DNA of 64,000 nucleotides from Candidatus Poribacteria bacterium (lineage in GTDB: Bacteria > Poribacteria > WGA-4E > WGA-3G): assembly GCA_963665235.2 (NCBI GenBank), contig CAXXLX010000001.1, positions 864,001 to 928,000 on the forward strand, written 5' to 3'. The notes beneath the pieces are model-generated. The model was not told the DNA's origin. It worked only from the letters and a program-made list of their open reading frames with translations, and ran no database searches. The translations under genes and the position numbers were made by a program. Below are positions 10,372 through 21,262 of this stretch, piece by piece (position 1 is the stretch's first letter; each line of letters opens with the position of its first letter).

Positions 10372-11172
10372 CTAGGCAGTTTTCGCTAAATCCTCCACGC
10401 TTAACGCGCCTTCACCGAATACGCGCCGAAAGGCTGAGCCGCGGTGAGAACGTGTGTCGCCATGCATATAGCAGACACTAAAAGCGCGCCGCGGAATGTC
10501 TGTCTGGTTCGTTCCGGAACTGTGCAGCAACCAATTATGTAGTAAAACGACTTCGCCTGCTTCCAATTCCAGGGGCAGCGCGGTAGAATTCGCAACAATA
10601 TCGTCTATCTGTTCCTGTGTCAGGAATCCTGAGCCGTGCGATGGATTGATAAGGCTGCTGTGCGAACCGGGGATAATATGCACGCATCCATTCTCAATTG
10701 TTGCCGGGTCTAAAGCGGTATAGATGGTAATTTGTGGGTCGCGGTCAAGGTCTGTCCATCTATCTTGATGCCAGACGAGATAGGTGCCCTCGCGTGCCGG
10801 TTTGTTCATAAACATGGCTCGGAAACACAATATCGGTACACCGTCCCCATAGATTTTTGCACATACCTCCCTGAAAGTCGGTTTCTGGAGATATGCCAAA
10901 AAGTATTCATCCAGCTCGAGGTTCTGGATTTTTCGGTACAACAACGTTGCCCCTTTATGTCCGGCTGACTGGGGGCCGGGCGAATTTTTGCCGGGGGCTC
11001 TGTCAAGTTGCATCATAATTTTGTTATAATCCAGCGGTGCCTTGCCGAGCATGATGTCATCCATTCGCTGCTGAAGTTGTGCGAATTCGGCATCAGTGGC
11101 CACCTGTCCGATGCGAACGTAACCGTTTTCCCAAAAATGTTCCCACTGTTCATCTGTTATATGTTGTTCCAT
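10372..11172 (-). CDS. Phytanoyl-CoA dioxygenase (PhyH) family protein
   Basis: WHQD, ALDPAT.ENGC..IPGSH and distal H(SS)G.N...R motifs; start trimmed to MEQH. Confidence 0.93.
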   Translation of the reverse strand: MEQHITDEQWEHFWENGYVRIGQVATDAEFAQLQQRMDDIMLGKAPLDYNKIMMQLDRAPGKNSPGPQSAGHKGATLLYRKIQNLELDEYFLAYLQKPTFREVCAKIYGDGVPILCFRAMFMNKPAREGTYLVWHQDRWTDLDRDPQITIYTALDPATIENGCVHIIPGSHSSLINPSHGSGFLTQEQIDDIVANSTALPLELEAGEVVLLHNWLLHSSGTNQTDIPRRAFSVCYMHGDTRSHRGSAFRRVFGEGALSVEDLAKTA

Positions 11173-11403
11173 CCCTTTTCTCCGATGTAGTTCTTGGATT
11201 TCAACTGCTATTTGCAAAATTAGCACAGACCTGACACAGCTAGCGGGGCATGTGCAGCATTGCACTATTTTATATAATAGCATAAACGTCCGAAAATTGC
11301 AAAAAATAATTTGGTTATTAACGCAGATTTTGTTAAGGAATAGGAAAGTGTCCTCCGTAACGCGGCTTTATCTTGCAAATTTTTAGTTTTTTCAGAAAAT
11401 AGT

Positions 11404-11432
11404 GCAACCTTGTATCACATAAGATGCGTCTA
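11404..11432 (+). promoter_or_regulatory. Putative ECF sigma promoter (autoregulatory)
   Basis: GCAACC...CGTCTA upstream of the ECF gene; similar GCAACC...CATCTT upstream of the paralog at 25158-25185. Confidence 0.55.
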
Positions 11433-11469
11433 ATTAATCACACGGATAATATAATTCCGGAGGATGCTT

Positions 11470-14400
11470 ATGAAAAACAAAAAAGATGCTGTTTTGCTAC
11501 AACAAAGAACTAATCCAGCGGACATTAGATGGCGATGAAACGGCATTTACTGCCTTAGTCGAAAAATACCAAAAAGGGGTCCACGCCCTCGTGTGGAAAA
11601 AGATTGGCGATTTTCATATCGCACAAGAGATTACGCAAGACACCTTTCTCAGGGCTTACCAGAAACTCAACACCCTGAGAAACCGGACCCTGTTTTCCAG
11701 TTGGCTTTATGTTATCGCCACTCGCTTGTGCCATGAGTGGGGCAGAAAAAAACGTCTGCTGATGGAACCCTTGAATACTCACAATACCAAGGAGGTTGAG
11801 CAGGTGGCATACAACCAATACCTAGCGGAACAACGTGCAGCAGATGCCGATGAGACTCGGCGTGAACTTGTTAAGAAGCTGCTCAAAAAACTGCCAGAAA
11901 GCGAACGCACTGTGATGACGCTCCATTACCTTGGGGAAATGACGTGTGAAGCGATAAGTGAATTTCTCGGAACATCGCCGAACACGGTGAAGAGCCGACT
12001 CCATCGTGCACGCGAACGACTAAAAAAGGAGGAATCTGTGATACACGAAAACCTTAGCAGTTTCAAACTGCCACCGCAATTGATAGAGAATATCATGAAG
12101 AAAATTTCACACCTCAAACCTGTACCCCCTTCAGGGAGTAAACCTGTGGTGCCGTTAGCGGTTTCCGCTGCGTCAGCCATTTTAGTGCTGCTATTGATAG
12201 GGGTCGGTATGCAACACCTACTCCGTTTTCAGCAACCGTATAGCTTCAACGCAACATCGGAACCGACAATTGAAATTGTAGAGACGCAACTCGTCATCGA
12301 CACACCGGCGAAACCCGCGATGCGTACACAGGTCGGCCGGTCGGATGTCTCCGGTAAGGGTAGCGGGGCGGGAAAAAGGTCAGATGTTCCGCTATTCGCG
12401 GCGGCACTCTCCGATGAAGAGGCGACTTCAAAGCCGAAACGGCACTGGGTTCAAACAAAGGGACCAGAAGGGGGTGTAATCAATAGGCTTTTCTCAACAA
12501 CTCGCGGTGATATTTATGCGGGTACATCCACCACATTATATAAACTGGCGGACAACGGAAATTCTTGGAAACTTGTTCGCACTGAAACTGCTACTACCTC
12601 AATAAACCTGTGGAATTGGGCCATGCCAAGTGGTGGCAAACCGATAGTGGAACGCGGGGACACGCTCTACCTCGCCACAGATACAGAGGTCCTGACATCT
12701 ACTGATAGCGGTGAAACTTGGACATCACTCGGAACGCATCCAAAAGGCTACCCTTCGGGAATTGTGGTAACAGACCGTGCTCTTTACCTTGCCCTTATGA
12801 AGGATATGCTCAAGTCGGATGCTACGCTTTCTGAGGGAATATTCCGATCTGAGGATGCTGGCAAATCATGGAAGCCGCTAAAGGACAGTCCTCTTGTAGG
12901 TAGGACAATTCGTGCCATTGCTGCTATTGAAAATACCGTGTTTGTTGGCACCGATGATGGCCTTTACCGCCTCAACGCAGAAGGGTGGAAAAAATTAACC
13001 GTTGGTCAGACAGATTTTGCCGCTGATCAGACAGATGTTAAGGGCGGAAAAATCACTATTCCCTCCTTGGCTGTTGCTGAAAACCGCCTCTACGTCGTAG
13101 CAGGGAAAAAAATCACGAATCAGAAATCTGTCACGACAAGCGACTCATGGTGGTCAGTTTACCGCTCCTCTGATTTAGGTGAATCATGGGAAAATATAGA
13201 GCCTAGGGAAGAAAAATCGAAAGGTGGATTGTCGGTTACGTTTCCGATGTTAGGTAAAAATTCAACACACGAGAATATTCCTTATATGGATATCAAGCTC
13301 GTTGCGGAAAATGAGAAGGTTATCCTTATTATAGATGTTGAGAAGATTTTCTATTCAACGGATACCGGCGAGACCTGGAAAGCCTTAGATATAGCGGGTA
13401 GTTCAAAGTTCAATACCGCGTTTCCTATGCTGATAAAGGATGCAAAAACCTTCTACAGAGGCAGCCAATCGGGTATTTATCGTACAACCGATGGCGGTGA
13501 ATCGTGGCATCCATTTAATACCGGAATTGCAAGCGCGGCCGTTATAAATTTAATCGCGGTTAGTGGCAAACTCTATGGGAGAACAAATGATGGATTTGTA
13601 ACTTCAACGGATGGCGGTGAATCGTGGGAGCCGTTCCGTGTTGATGTTCCAATATCTTCTATGGCTGAATTCAACAATGCGCTCTACTTGAAAGAACTCA
13701 GATAAGATACTCACTATCTTCCGCTTGTCCACGGACAATAATGAACTTACGCCCATTCTCGATATGCCCCAGCTGGGTGAAATCAATAAAGGCAGTCCAT
13801 TAAATTTAGACGTGTTTTCGGATAAGGGCAGGAAAAATATTAAGCAAGGAGCAACCTCCGAGCCGGTAGATGTTGATTTTGACAAATTCAGTAAAGAAGC
13901 AATTAAGGTGTTCCAGGAGCAACAGGAGCAAATGGCAACTGCACTTATACCACTTTTTGGAAGCTTCGCAGTTAGCAGTAATACCTACTATGTGGAATAT
14001 GGGCAGAAACTTTTCAGATGGAAATCCGGGACGACCGAATGGTACAACACAGGGTTAATAGATGAAACTGAAATTGTGTTTCCATTTAATATTGTTGGTC
14101 CTTTTGGCTATCCGACAGACCTTTCCACCTTAATGGAATTTCAAAATTCTCTCGGTTTCAAACTTGCGGTGTCCGGGAAGACTATTTATGTCGGCAGGCG
14201 GGATGGACATATCTTCCAATCGTTTGATGAGGGGAACACTTGGAACGATGTCACGGCAAATTTACCCTTTTCTGTTAAGCAGTTCTACACAATTGACTTC
14301 GCAGGGGCGACCGTTTACGTCGCAACGGACAAAGGGGTTGTGTATTCAAAAACCGATGGCACCGATTGGCATACGACTACCGATGCAGAAGGCGCACCGA

Positions 14401-14672
14401 TTGGCATTAAACAGCTTACGGTGGATGGCACAACGGTATATGGCGTAGGGCTCTATGGCGTAGAAGGGCAGCATGTGTATCAATTGAAGGAAAACTCAGA
14501 GACGTGGGAACAGATTACCCCGGAAATTCCTTCACCAATTGCCTCGCTTGTCGTTATGGATAACACGGTTTACGTTGGAACGCTTGCTCATAGTGTGCTT
14601 CGGTTCACACTTGACGAAAAAAACCAAAGAATGCCACACGCGCATTCAAAATCAAAAAAAGGAGATGGATAA
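11470..14672 (+). pseudogene. ECF sigma factor / TM helix / BNR beta-propeller fusion, split into ORFs 11486-13705 and 13725-14672 (frameshift or assembly error)
   Basis: sigma2 (AQEITQDTFLRAY, WLY.IA) and sigma4 (TVKSRLHRAR), TM segment, S.D.G.TW repeats; both halves are colinear with the intact paralog at 25223-28309. Confidence 0.85.
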
Positions 14673-14673
14673 G

Positions 14674-15444
14674 ATGTTTAAGGAACTTCTCACTAATAAA
14701 TGGATACTTGGCGGATTCGGTTGTCTACTGATTTTCGCTACCGGGTGCTTTTTGTGGCTTCAAAACGAACTGGCGAATATTCGACAGCAAGAGACACAAC
14801 ACAACGTTGAAATCCAGCAGCTGAAGGAATCACCGGCTGAAGAACTACCAACAGAACAAACCGCCACCGCGCAACCGACCACATCGGTGAAAAAGAACGT
14901 TGTCTCCGAAGACACTGCTGACGAGACCACCGATACCATGGGTGCAGGACAATCTAGTACACAAACCGATGCTGATACACTGCTAGAGAGCTCTCCAAAG
15001 GAAATTGCTGATGGGGAAGAGCAGGCACCAGAAACCCTCTCCGCTGAAGAACTCAGGAAACAGGAGGGAGCGAAGAGGTTTAAGGCAATTTTTGCAGAGC
15101 TAAATGCATTGAGTGAAACACAGGGAGGACACTTAGACCATGCCAGCAGTCCTGAAGCAAAGCAGGAGGCACAAAGTCTCATGCTGGAAATGTTCAATTT
15201 AATAGAGGAAGGGGCAGAAGATGTCCCGCCAGCCCTACGTTTCTTCATGAATCTCATGCGGGGGGCATTCACGCTCACGAACGCGAAAGGGGAAATCATT
15301 GTCTCCGAATATGCCAAAATGGCGGAGGACATGGAAGCCGCAGGTATGGGGAACATGGCACACGGTATACGCCTCATCACACAGCAGGCAATTGAACGGG
15401 GTGACGAGGTGATTAAACCGGAGGATATAGGGCATCCCAAATAA
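14674..15444 (+). CDS. Hypothetical protein with N-terminal membrane anchor and acidic linker
   Basis: GGAG-containing upstream sequence, MFKELLTNKWILGG plus TM segment, long open frame. Confidence 0.75.
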   Translation: MFKELLTNKWILGGFGCLLIFATGCFLWLQNELANIRQQETQHNVEIQQLKESPAEELPTEQTATAQPTTSVKKNVVSEDTADETTDTMGAGQSSTQTDADTLLESSPKEIADGEEQAPETLSAEELRKQEGAKRFKAIFAELNALSETQGGHLDHASSPEAKQEAQSLMLEMFNLIEEGAEDVPPALRFFMNLMRGAFTLTNAKGEIIVSEYAKMAEDMEAAGMGNMAHGIRLITQQAIERGDEVIKPEDIGHPK

Positions 15445-15614
15445 GGTCCAAGTCTGCTACAAGAGTGCTCGTAGTAGGGTGATTTATCACCCGTTCAGTC
15501 AGAGGAGTGGGCTGGTTGCCCGAATATTGGAGTGAAACCCCGCTCCTCAATTACCGATTTAAAAATTAATCTTCATTTTCTTTGCTTCAAAAATTGTTTG
15601 CATGTGTCGGATAC

Positions 15615-15797
15615 CTAAGTGTTACTATCAAGGATACGAGCTTGTGTATCCCCGTACCTTGAATCAACTGAAGGTGTACAGATGGATTCCAAGTACGGAT
15701 AAACATGTTGATTTCGGTAGTCGTGGACTATCTGGGTAGCAACGTCGTGATTGACATCAATAGCGAGAACGTGCGGAGTTCCCTCGTCGTTTTGCAT
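15615..15797 (-). CDS. Short hypothetical protein, possibly a truncated gene
   Basis: ATG directly follows the stop of 15799-16149, with an AGGAG RBS upstream. Confidence 0.45.
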   Translation of the reverse strand: MQNDEGTPHVLAIDVNHDVATQIVHDYRNQHVYPYLESICTPSVDSRYGDTQARILDSNT

Positions 15798-15798
15798 A

Positions 15799-16149
15799 TT
15801 AACGGTCTCCTCTAATATGTTCTATTACGAGTGCAATCGTACGCAGTTCAATATCAATCAACGTGAGACCGGCAGGCGTTTGCTCTCGTACTTCCTGCAT
15901 AGCGCGTTCTTGGTCCACTATGCCAATGCCTATCATAGCCATTTTAAAATCGGGCTGGTACGCAATGCGTTTTTCTACCAATTCTGCTTCTTGTCCGGCA
16001 GGTACCAACTGTTCAGGCAAACTTTCAGGTGAAAGCGTGACTATTTTTTGGTCCGTAAATTCTCGTAAACTTAGCCAACGTCCATCGGGGGTTATGGATA
16101 CAGGCATTTCCCACTGTTCCTTGGGAACTATAGGGGTTTTATCTGCCAT
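15799..16149 (-). CDS. Hypothetical protein
   Basis: 116 aa ORF with strong AAGGAGG RBS. Confidence 0.75.
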   Translation of the reverse strand: MADKTPIVPKEQWEMPVSITPDGRWLSLREFTDQKIVTLSPESLPEQLVPAGQEAELVEKRIAYQPDFKMAMIGIGIVDQERAMQEVREQTPAGLTLIDIELRTIALVIEHIRGDR

Positions 16150-16330
16150 GATTTCCTCCTTTAAAATTTTCTAAAAGAAATTATACAGAATTTTTCTAAT
16201 TAAAACAACGAAAAATTATGAAAAGGCGAGACATGAAACCCCGCCTTATAGCTAGCCCCCATAAAAAAGAGGTGTGATAGCATTCGGCAGAAAGCCTACT
16301 AACCATCACACCTTAGATTGTGTTTGTGTA

Positions 16331-16555
16331 TTATACGGGTAGGGCGCGCGCTTTTCCCGTAACTTTCACAATCACAGGAAATCCCTCATAAGTGGGCTCG
16401 TCTTTGAATTGCTGCGCGATGAGGCAATCCGCAGTCTCCACATAAACCCGCAAGGCATCAGCATTTTCATGAAGACCAATGCCGACTCCTACAAAACCTT
16501 CTTCAGACAAGTAACGGGCTGCGAAGTGTTTCTTCGCTTCAAAAATTGTTTGCAT
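16331..16555 (-). CDS. Small protein resembling the N-terminal domain of the adjacent Nal1-like protease
   Basis: FVGVGIG...ALRVYVE...YEGFPV parallels IIGWGIG...VLRVYIR...EFGLPI in 16567-17493; AAGGAG RBS. Confidence 0.75.
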   Translation of the reverse strand: MQTIFEAKKHFAARYLSEEGFVGVGIGLHENADALRVYVETADCLIAQQFKDEPTYEGFPVIVKVTGKARALPV

Positions 16556-16566
16556 GTGTCTACTCC

Positions 16567-17493
16567 TTATTCTCCAACAACGGTTACGCCGTAGTAATCA
16601 AGAACCAAATCTATATGATTCGCAATGGTGAGTCCAGAATCATTCCCAGCAAAGAGCAAGCCAACGGGCTTAAGCCAATCTTTATTTACAATGAGTGAAC
16701 CGGAATCTCCAGAGGCTGAAAAAGGATTCACGTCAATACTCTCGACTACAATTTGATTTTCAAAAAATGCGGACTGACTTCCAAAACCCACCCGTAAATC
16801 TAAACTAATATCTGTGATAACACCAACCGTATGTCCTGTCGTTCTACCGGACTTCCGGACAGTTTCTCCAAGCGAGGCAGAGTAAGTGCGGGATCTCGGA
16901 ACGCCGATGTCAATAATTTCCGGGCTGACGAGCGTTTGGTTGGCATCTCCAACTAGTGCTATGGCGGCATCAATATCGTTGGGCTCCCCCGAAAAATCAA
17001 TTTCGCGGTACGGTTCAAGCGTGGCAATGTTATCCTCTGGAGACGTGCCTCCATCTTCTGTCCCGGGGTGGATTACCGGATCACCTGGAGTTGCGTTATT
17101 ACTGTCGGCCAATACATGGTTATTGCTCAGGATGTAATGGTTCTGCTCTTTCTCAACTAAGCACCCAAGCGTCCCTGCGCCAATGTTCGGATGTCCAACA
17201 GAAACACCACAGAGAACCGGACAATGTCGATCCTGGTTTTGAAAAGCGGTAATTTGACCAACTTCAATGAACTCAATTGGTAGGCCGAACTCTTCTTCAA
17301 TAGTTGGTTCCGGGAATTCTCGGATATAAACACGAAGGACGTTTTCATCAGGCTGAAGTACTTCATCTACGACTTTTGCTCCGATGCCCCAACCGATAAT
17401 ATTCCTTGCACTTGGATCAGCGTCTGAAGGGGTAATGCGGCGGAAATATACTGAGGCTCTATCTTTCGCTTCGCGTTGAATCGAGTTAAGCAT
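16567..17493 (-). CDS. Nal1-like trypsin-fold serine protease
   Basis: GTLGC, LSNNHVLA (His), IDAA (Asp), KSGRTTG, GDSGS (Ser). Confidence 0.88.
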   Translation of the reverse strand: MLNSIQREAKDRASVYFRRITPSDADPSARNIIGWGIGAKVVDEVLQPDENVLRVYIREFPEPTIEEEFGLPIEFIEVGQITAFQNQDRHCPVLCGVSVGHPNIGAGTLGCLVEKEQNHYILSNNHVLADSNNATPGDPVIHPGTEDGGTSPEDNIATLEPYREIDFSGEPNDIDAAIALVGDANQTLVSPEIIDIGVPRSRTYSASLGETVRKSGRTTGHTVGVITDISLDLRVGFGSQSAFFENQIVVESIDVNPFSASGDSGSLIVNKDWLKPVGLLFAGNDSGLTIANHIDLVLDYYGVTVVGE

Positions 17494-17687
17494 GTAAATC
17501 TCCTCTTGTTGGCTTTTTAAAGCCTACTAATGATTATACAGAATTTTTCCAATTAAAACAACAAAAAATTTAAAACATTAATTTACGAAAAGGCGAGGCA
17601 GAAAACCCCGCCTATAAACAAATAACAACCTTAAAACCTCCACCTGCCAAAGCAGATTGGAAACGTAAGAGGTAAAGACGTAAAGAT

Positions 17688-19199
17688 TTAAGGGGTTACA
17701 GCCCTCGCACAACGAAAACCGAAGCGGTTGCTCGAGTTCGACGGCGTATTGTAGGCGCGAAAGGCGACCCGCACGCCCCGTTCTGTATCGCCCCAGGAGC
17801 CACCACGCAAAACGCGGGAACTTTTAACACCTTTATAATTATTTATTAACCATTCAACACTATTTGCACCCGACAACGGATTCCGAGCTGGCGAAACCGA
17901 ATAGAAACCTCCGTTATACTCGTCTAAGCACCACTCCCACACATTCCCTGCCATATCGAATAAACCGTAACCATTTGCAGTATACTTACCTACTGCAGTG
18001 GTATCCTTAATATGATTATTGTAATTTGCCTTGGTGGAATTTATGGTGTTACCCCACGGGTATTTTAGACCGGCTAAACCGCCACGTGCAGCTTTTTCCC
18101 ACTCCGCTTCTGTCGGCAGACGTTTGCCCTTCCACGCCGCATAAGCCATCGCACCATACCAACTCACGTATGTCACAGGGTGATTTTCATACCCGGTTTT
18201 CGCACGATACTTACCAGATGCCAGCTCAATACGAGAACGATCTTGACCAATGCGATACCAGGTGATACCACCCTCAGCGTGTTTGCCTTTCGCATTCAGG
18301 AACGCTGCATATTGGGCATTGGTAACCTCATATTTATCCATGTAAAATGCATCTACATAGACAGAATGCACCGGTTTTTCATTGCTCCGGGCCTGTGCAT
18401 CGTTGCCTCCCATCCGAAATTCGCCAGCAGGGATTAGTGCCATGCCTGCATACGGGTCAGTGGTCGGTGGCGTGGTGGTTCCGCCGTCGTCTGGCGGCGT
18501 GGTGGTTCCGCCATCGTCTGGTGGCGTGGTCCCCCCACTATTTGTTGTCTTCCCGAGGTCGCGTGCGACTAACACAAGGTCCTGCACGTTCACTCTGTTA
18601 TCACTGTTCAGATCTGTCGAGAGAGTACCTGTCTTCCCGAGATCGCGCGCAACTAAGACGAGGTCTTGCACGTTCACTCTACCATCTCTATTGATATCTG
18701 TCGGAAGTAATTTTCTGACAACAACGTTGGCGTTCCGTTTCGTGACTGGCAAGGCGTTGCCATCCTTGTCGGTGAGGACAACATCAGCGAGTTGGAGTGT
18801 GGACTCTTTCACCGCAACCACTTGGAATTTGAGCGTTGCTAAGGTGCCACTACTGGCAGTTACGGCTCCTGATAACGAGGTCGCCGCAAATATGATGCGT
18901 CCACTGGACACCTTCGCCGGGGCAACAAACGCACCTGTCGGAAGATACGTGCTGTTCGTGATTTCAACGTATTGCAGGGCAGTTGTATCATACCGTATTG
19001 TTAAGTCGTAGCCGGCGACACGGGTGCCGTTGGCTATTTTAATCGTAACTGTCATCTGCTGTCCCACGGCGGGGGAAACCACTTCTGCGGGGTTTATGGA
19101 GACCACGGCTTGCCCATAACTTAGTGCCGTGATGCCAAAACAGAGGACTGTTATTAAGCAGGCGTAAAGCAGCTGCTTCTGAAATAGTTTTTTCATCAA
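17688..19199 (-). CDS. Secreted cohesin + dockerin + FGE-sulfatase (SUMF1) domain protein
   Basis: Signal peptide, cohesin-like beta domain, duplicated D.N.D..VNVQDLVLV dockerin motif, TPP linker, RLPTEAEWEKAARGG / NGYGLFDMAGNVWEW / GFRCAR. Confidence 0.9.
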   Translation of the reverse strand: MMKKLFQKQLLYACLITVLCFGITALSYGQAVVSINPAEVVSPAVGQQMTVTIKIANGTRVAGYDLTIRYDTTALQYVEITNSTYLPTGAFVAPAKVSSGRIIFAATSLSGAVTASSGTLATLKFQVVAVKESTLQLADVVLTDKDGNALPVTKRNANVVVRKLLPTDINRDGRVNVQDLVLVARDLGKTGTLSTDLNSDNRVNVQDLVLVARDLGKTTNSGGTTPPDDGGTTTPPDDGGTTTPPTTDPYAGMALIPAGEFRMGGNDAQARSNEKPVHSVYVDAFYMDKYEVTNAQYAAFLNAKGKHAEGGITWYRIGQDRSRIELASGKYRAKTGYENHPVTYVSWYGAMAYAAWKGKRLPTEAEWEKAARGGLAGLKYPWGNTINSTKANYNNHIKDTTAVGKYTANGYGLFDMAGNVWEWCLDEYNGGFYSVSPARNPLSGANSVEWLINNYKGVKSSRVLRGGSWGDTERGVRVAFRAYNTPSNSSNRFGFRCARAVTP

Positions 19200-19210
19200 A
19201 ATAACTCCTT

Positions 19211-20023
19211 TTATTTCAGGATTAGCATTTTTCCGGTGGCGGCGAAGTCGCCCGCGGTGAGGGTATAGAAGTATAAACCGCTGGCAACGCGTTCACCGAT
19301 GTCGTTCCTGCCATCCCAATATGCTGCACGGGTCTTATGCTGATACACACCCGCAGGTTGATGTCCTAATGCCAATGTTCGAACTAACTGCCCATCTGAA
19401 CTAAAGATGGTCAACGTTACATCCGCTGGCGTAGCCAATTGATACGGTATCCATGTCTCCGGGTTGAACGGGTTCGGATAGTTCGGCATAAGCGATGTGT
19501 GGTTAGCGGGCATCGGGATTGTGAGCTCGGCGCGGTTGACGTTGTTTTGTATAAATCTCACACCCATCACCTCCGCATCCGCGTCTGCTAAGATAACTTC
19601 TGTCAGGTGAAGACTGCGAAAGGGGTTCGGTTTTAGCACTTCAAACGTCATTGTGGCAAGGGTGCCGAGGGTTTTTGTGGCAGTGCCGCCAAGTGCAGCA
19701 ACGACAAAGGTGGTCTGCTCAGCTTCTAGTAACGGCACAGCGAAAACTTCTGAATTGAGATAACCGGCATCTGCAGCAGAGACATATCGCACTACCGTCG
19801 GATCGAATGCTACAGCCACCTGATAGCCGGCCATGCCTTTGCCGCCAGCGATGTTCACTTCCACAGTGAAGGATTTACCGACTTGCGGCACTGCAATCGT
19901 TGCCGGTTGTAAAGAGATAATCGCTTGCCCGTAACTTATCGCTGTGAAACCGAAGCAACAGGCAAGAATGAGTAAGGCGAAAGTAATTTTTCCGCTAAAA
20001 GATTTGAAAGATTGGGTTTTCAT
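19211..20023 (-). CDS. Secreted cohesin protein with FlgD-Ig / secretion-type C-terminal domain
   Basis: Signal peptide, cohesin-like domain, NYPNPFNPETWIPYQL...WDGRN..GE.VASG.YFY. Confidence 0.85.
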   Translation of the reverse strand: MKTQSFKSFSGKITFALLILACCFGFTAISYGQAIISLQPATIAVPQVGKSFTVEVNIAGGKGMAGYQVAVAFDPTVVRYVSAADAGYLNSEVFAVPLLEAEQTTFVVAALGGTATKTLGTLATMTFEVLKPNPFRSLHLTEVILADADAEVMGVRFIQNNVNRAELTIPMPANHTSLMPNYPNPFNPETWIPYQLATPADVTLTIFSSDGQLVRTLALGHQPAGVYQHKTRAAYWDGRNDIGERVASGLYFYTLTAGDFAATGKMLILK

Positions 20024-20087
20024 GAAAGAAACTCCTTCGTTAGTTGTTGGTGGGGTTTATCACCCCGATGTGTAGCATAAACTTTCA

Positions 20088-21253
20088 GACTAATGCGTTG
20101 ACATATCACCCCTACGGGGTTCAAGACGAGGTTCACGATGTTTTCTATAAATATAGCGTCCATACTGGACTGAAGAAACACGCGATTTTCTATAAATATA
20201 GCGTCCATACGGGAGGAGCGACATATTGTGATGCCCAACCAAACTAATGCGTTGACATATCACCCCTACGGGGTTCAAGACGAGGTTCACGATGTTTTCT
20301 ATAAATATAGCGTCCATACTGGACTGAAGAAACACGCGATTTTCTATAAATATAGCGTCCATACGGGAGGAGCGACATATTGTGATGCCCAACCAAACTA
20401 ATGCGTTGACATATCACCCCTACGGGGTTCAAGAGGGTGTTCATACGATTTTCTATAAATATAGCGTCCATACTGGACTGAAGAAACACGCGATTTTCTA
20501 TAAATATAGCGTCCATACTGGACTGAAGAAATAGGAACGACATATTGTGACGCACAAACTGATGTGTTGACATATCACCCCTACGGGGTTCAAGAGGGTG
20601 TTCACGCGATTTTCTATAAATATAGCGTCCATACTGGACTGAAGAAATAGGAACGACATATTGTGATGCCCAAACTAATGCGTTGACATATCACCCCTAC
20701 GGGGTTCAAGACGAGGTTCACGATGTTTTCTATAAATATAGCGTCCATACTGGACTGAAGAAATAGGAGCGACCTGTTGTGATGCCCAAACTGATGTGTT
20801 CACATATCACCCCTACGGGGTTCAAGAGGGTGTTCACACGCTTTTCTATAAATATAGCGTCCATACTGGACTAAAGAAATAGGAGCGACCTGTTGTGATG
20901 CCCAAACTGATGTGTTCACATATCACCCCTACGGGGTTCAAGAGGGTGTTCACGCGGGTTTCTATAAATATAGCGTCCATACTGGACTGAAGAAATAGGA
21001 GCGACATATTGTGATGCCCAAACTGATGTGTTCACATATCACCCCTACGGGATTCAAGACTATGTTCACACGCTTTTCTATAAACATAGCGTCCCTGAGG
21101 AGCGGGAAACCGTTTGCCCGAATACTGGGACTGAAGAAATAGGAGCGACCTGTTGTGACGCACAAACTGATGTGTTCACATATCACCCCTACGGGGTTCA
21201 AGAGGGTGTTCACGCGGGTTTCTATAAATATAGCGTCCATACTGGACTGAAGA
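20088..21253. repeat. Tandem array of nine composite palindromic units (116-161 bp period)
   Basis: acatatcacccctacgggg/a at about 20101, 20255, 20409, 20570, 20686, 20802, 20918, 21034 and 21178, each with ttctataaatatagcgtccatactggactg. Confidence 0.95.
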
Positions 21254-21262
21254 CACCCATAC

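Noticed and set aside
14760-15440. 226-aa antisense ORF
   Set aside because: Shadow of the plus-strand membrane protein gene; the same applies to most short antisense ORFs in the track
17688-18420. Diversity-generating retroelement target (FGE-sulfatase C-terminus)
   Set aside because: No reverse transcriptase and no template repeat differing at adenines in this window; a remote DGR cannot be excluded
20088-21253. CRISPR array or coding repeats
   Set aside because: Inter-repeat segments are themselves repeated variants; the short ORFs there are by-products of the repeat
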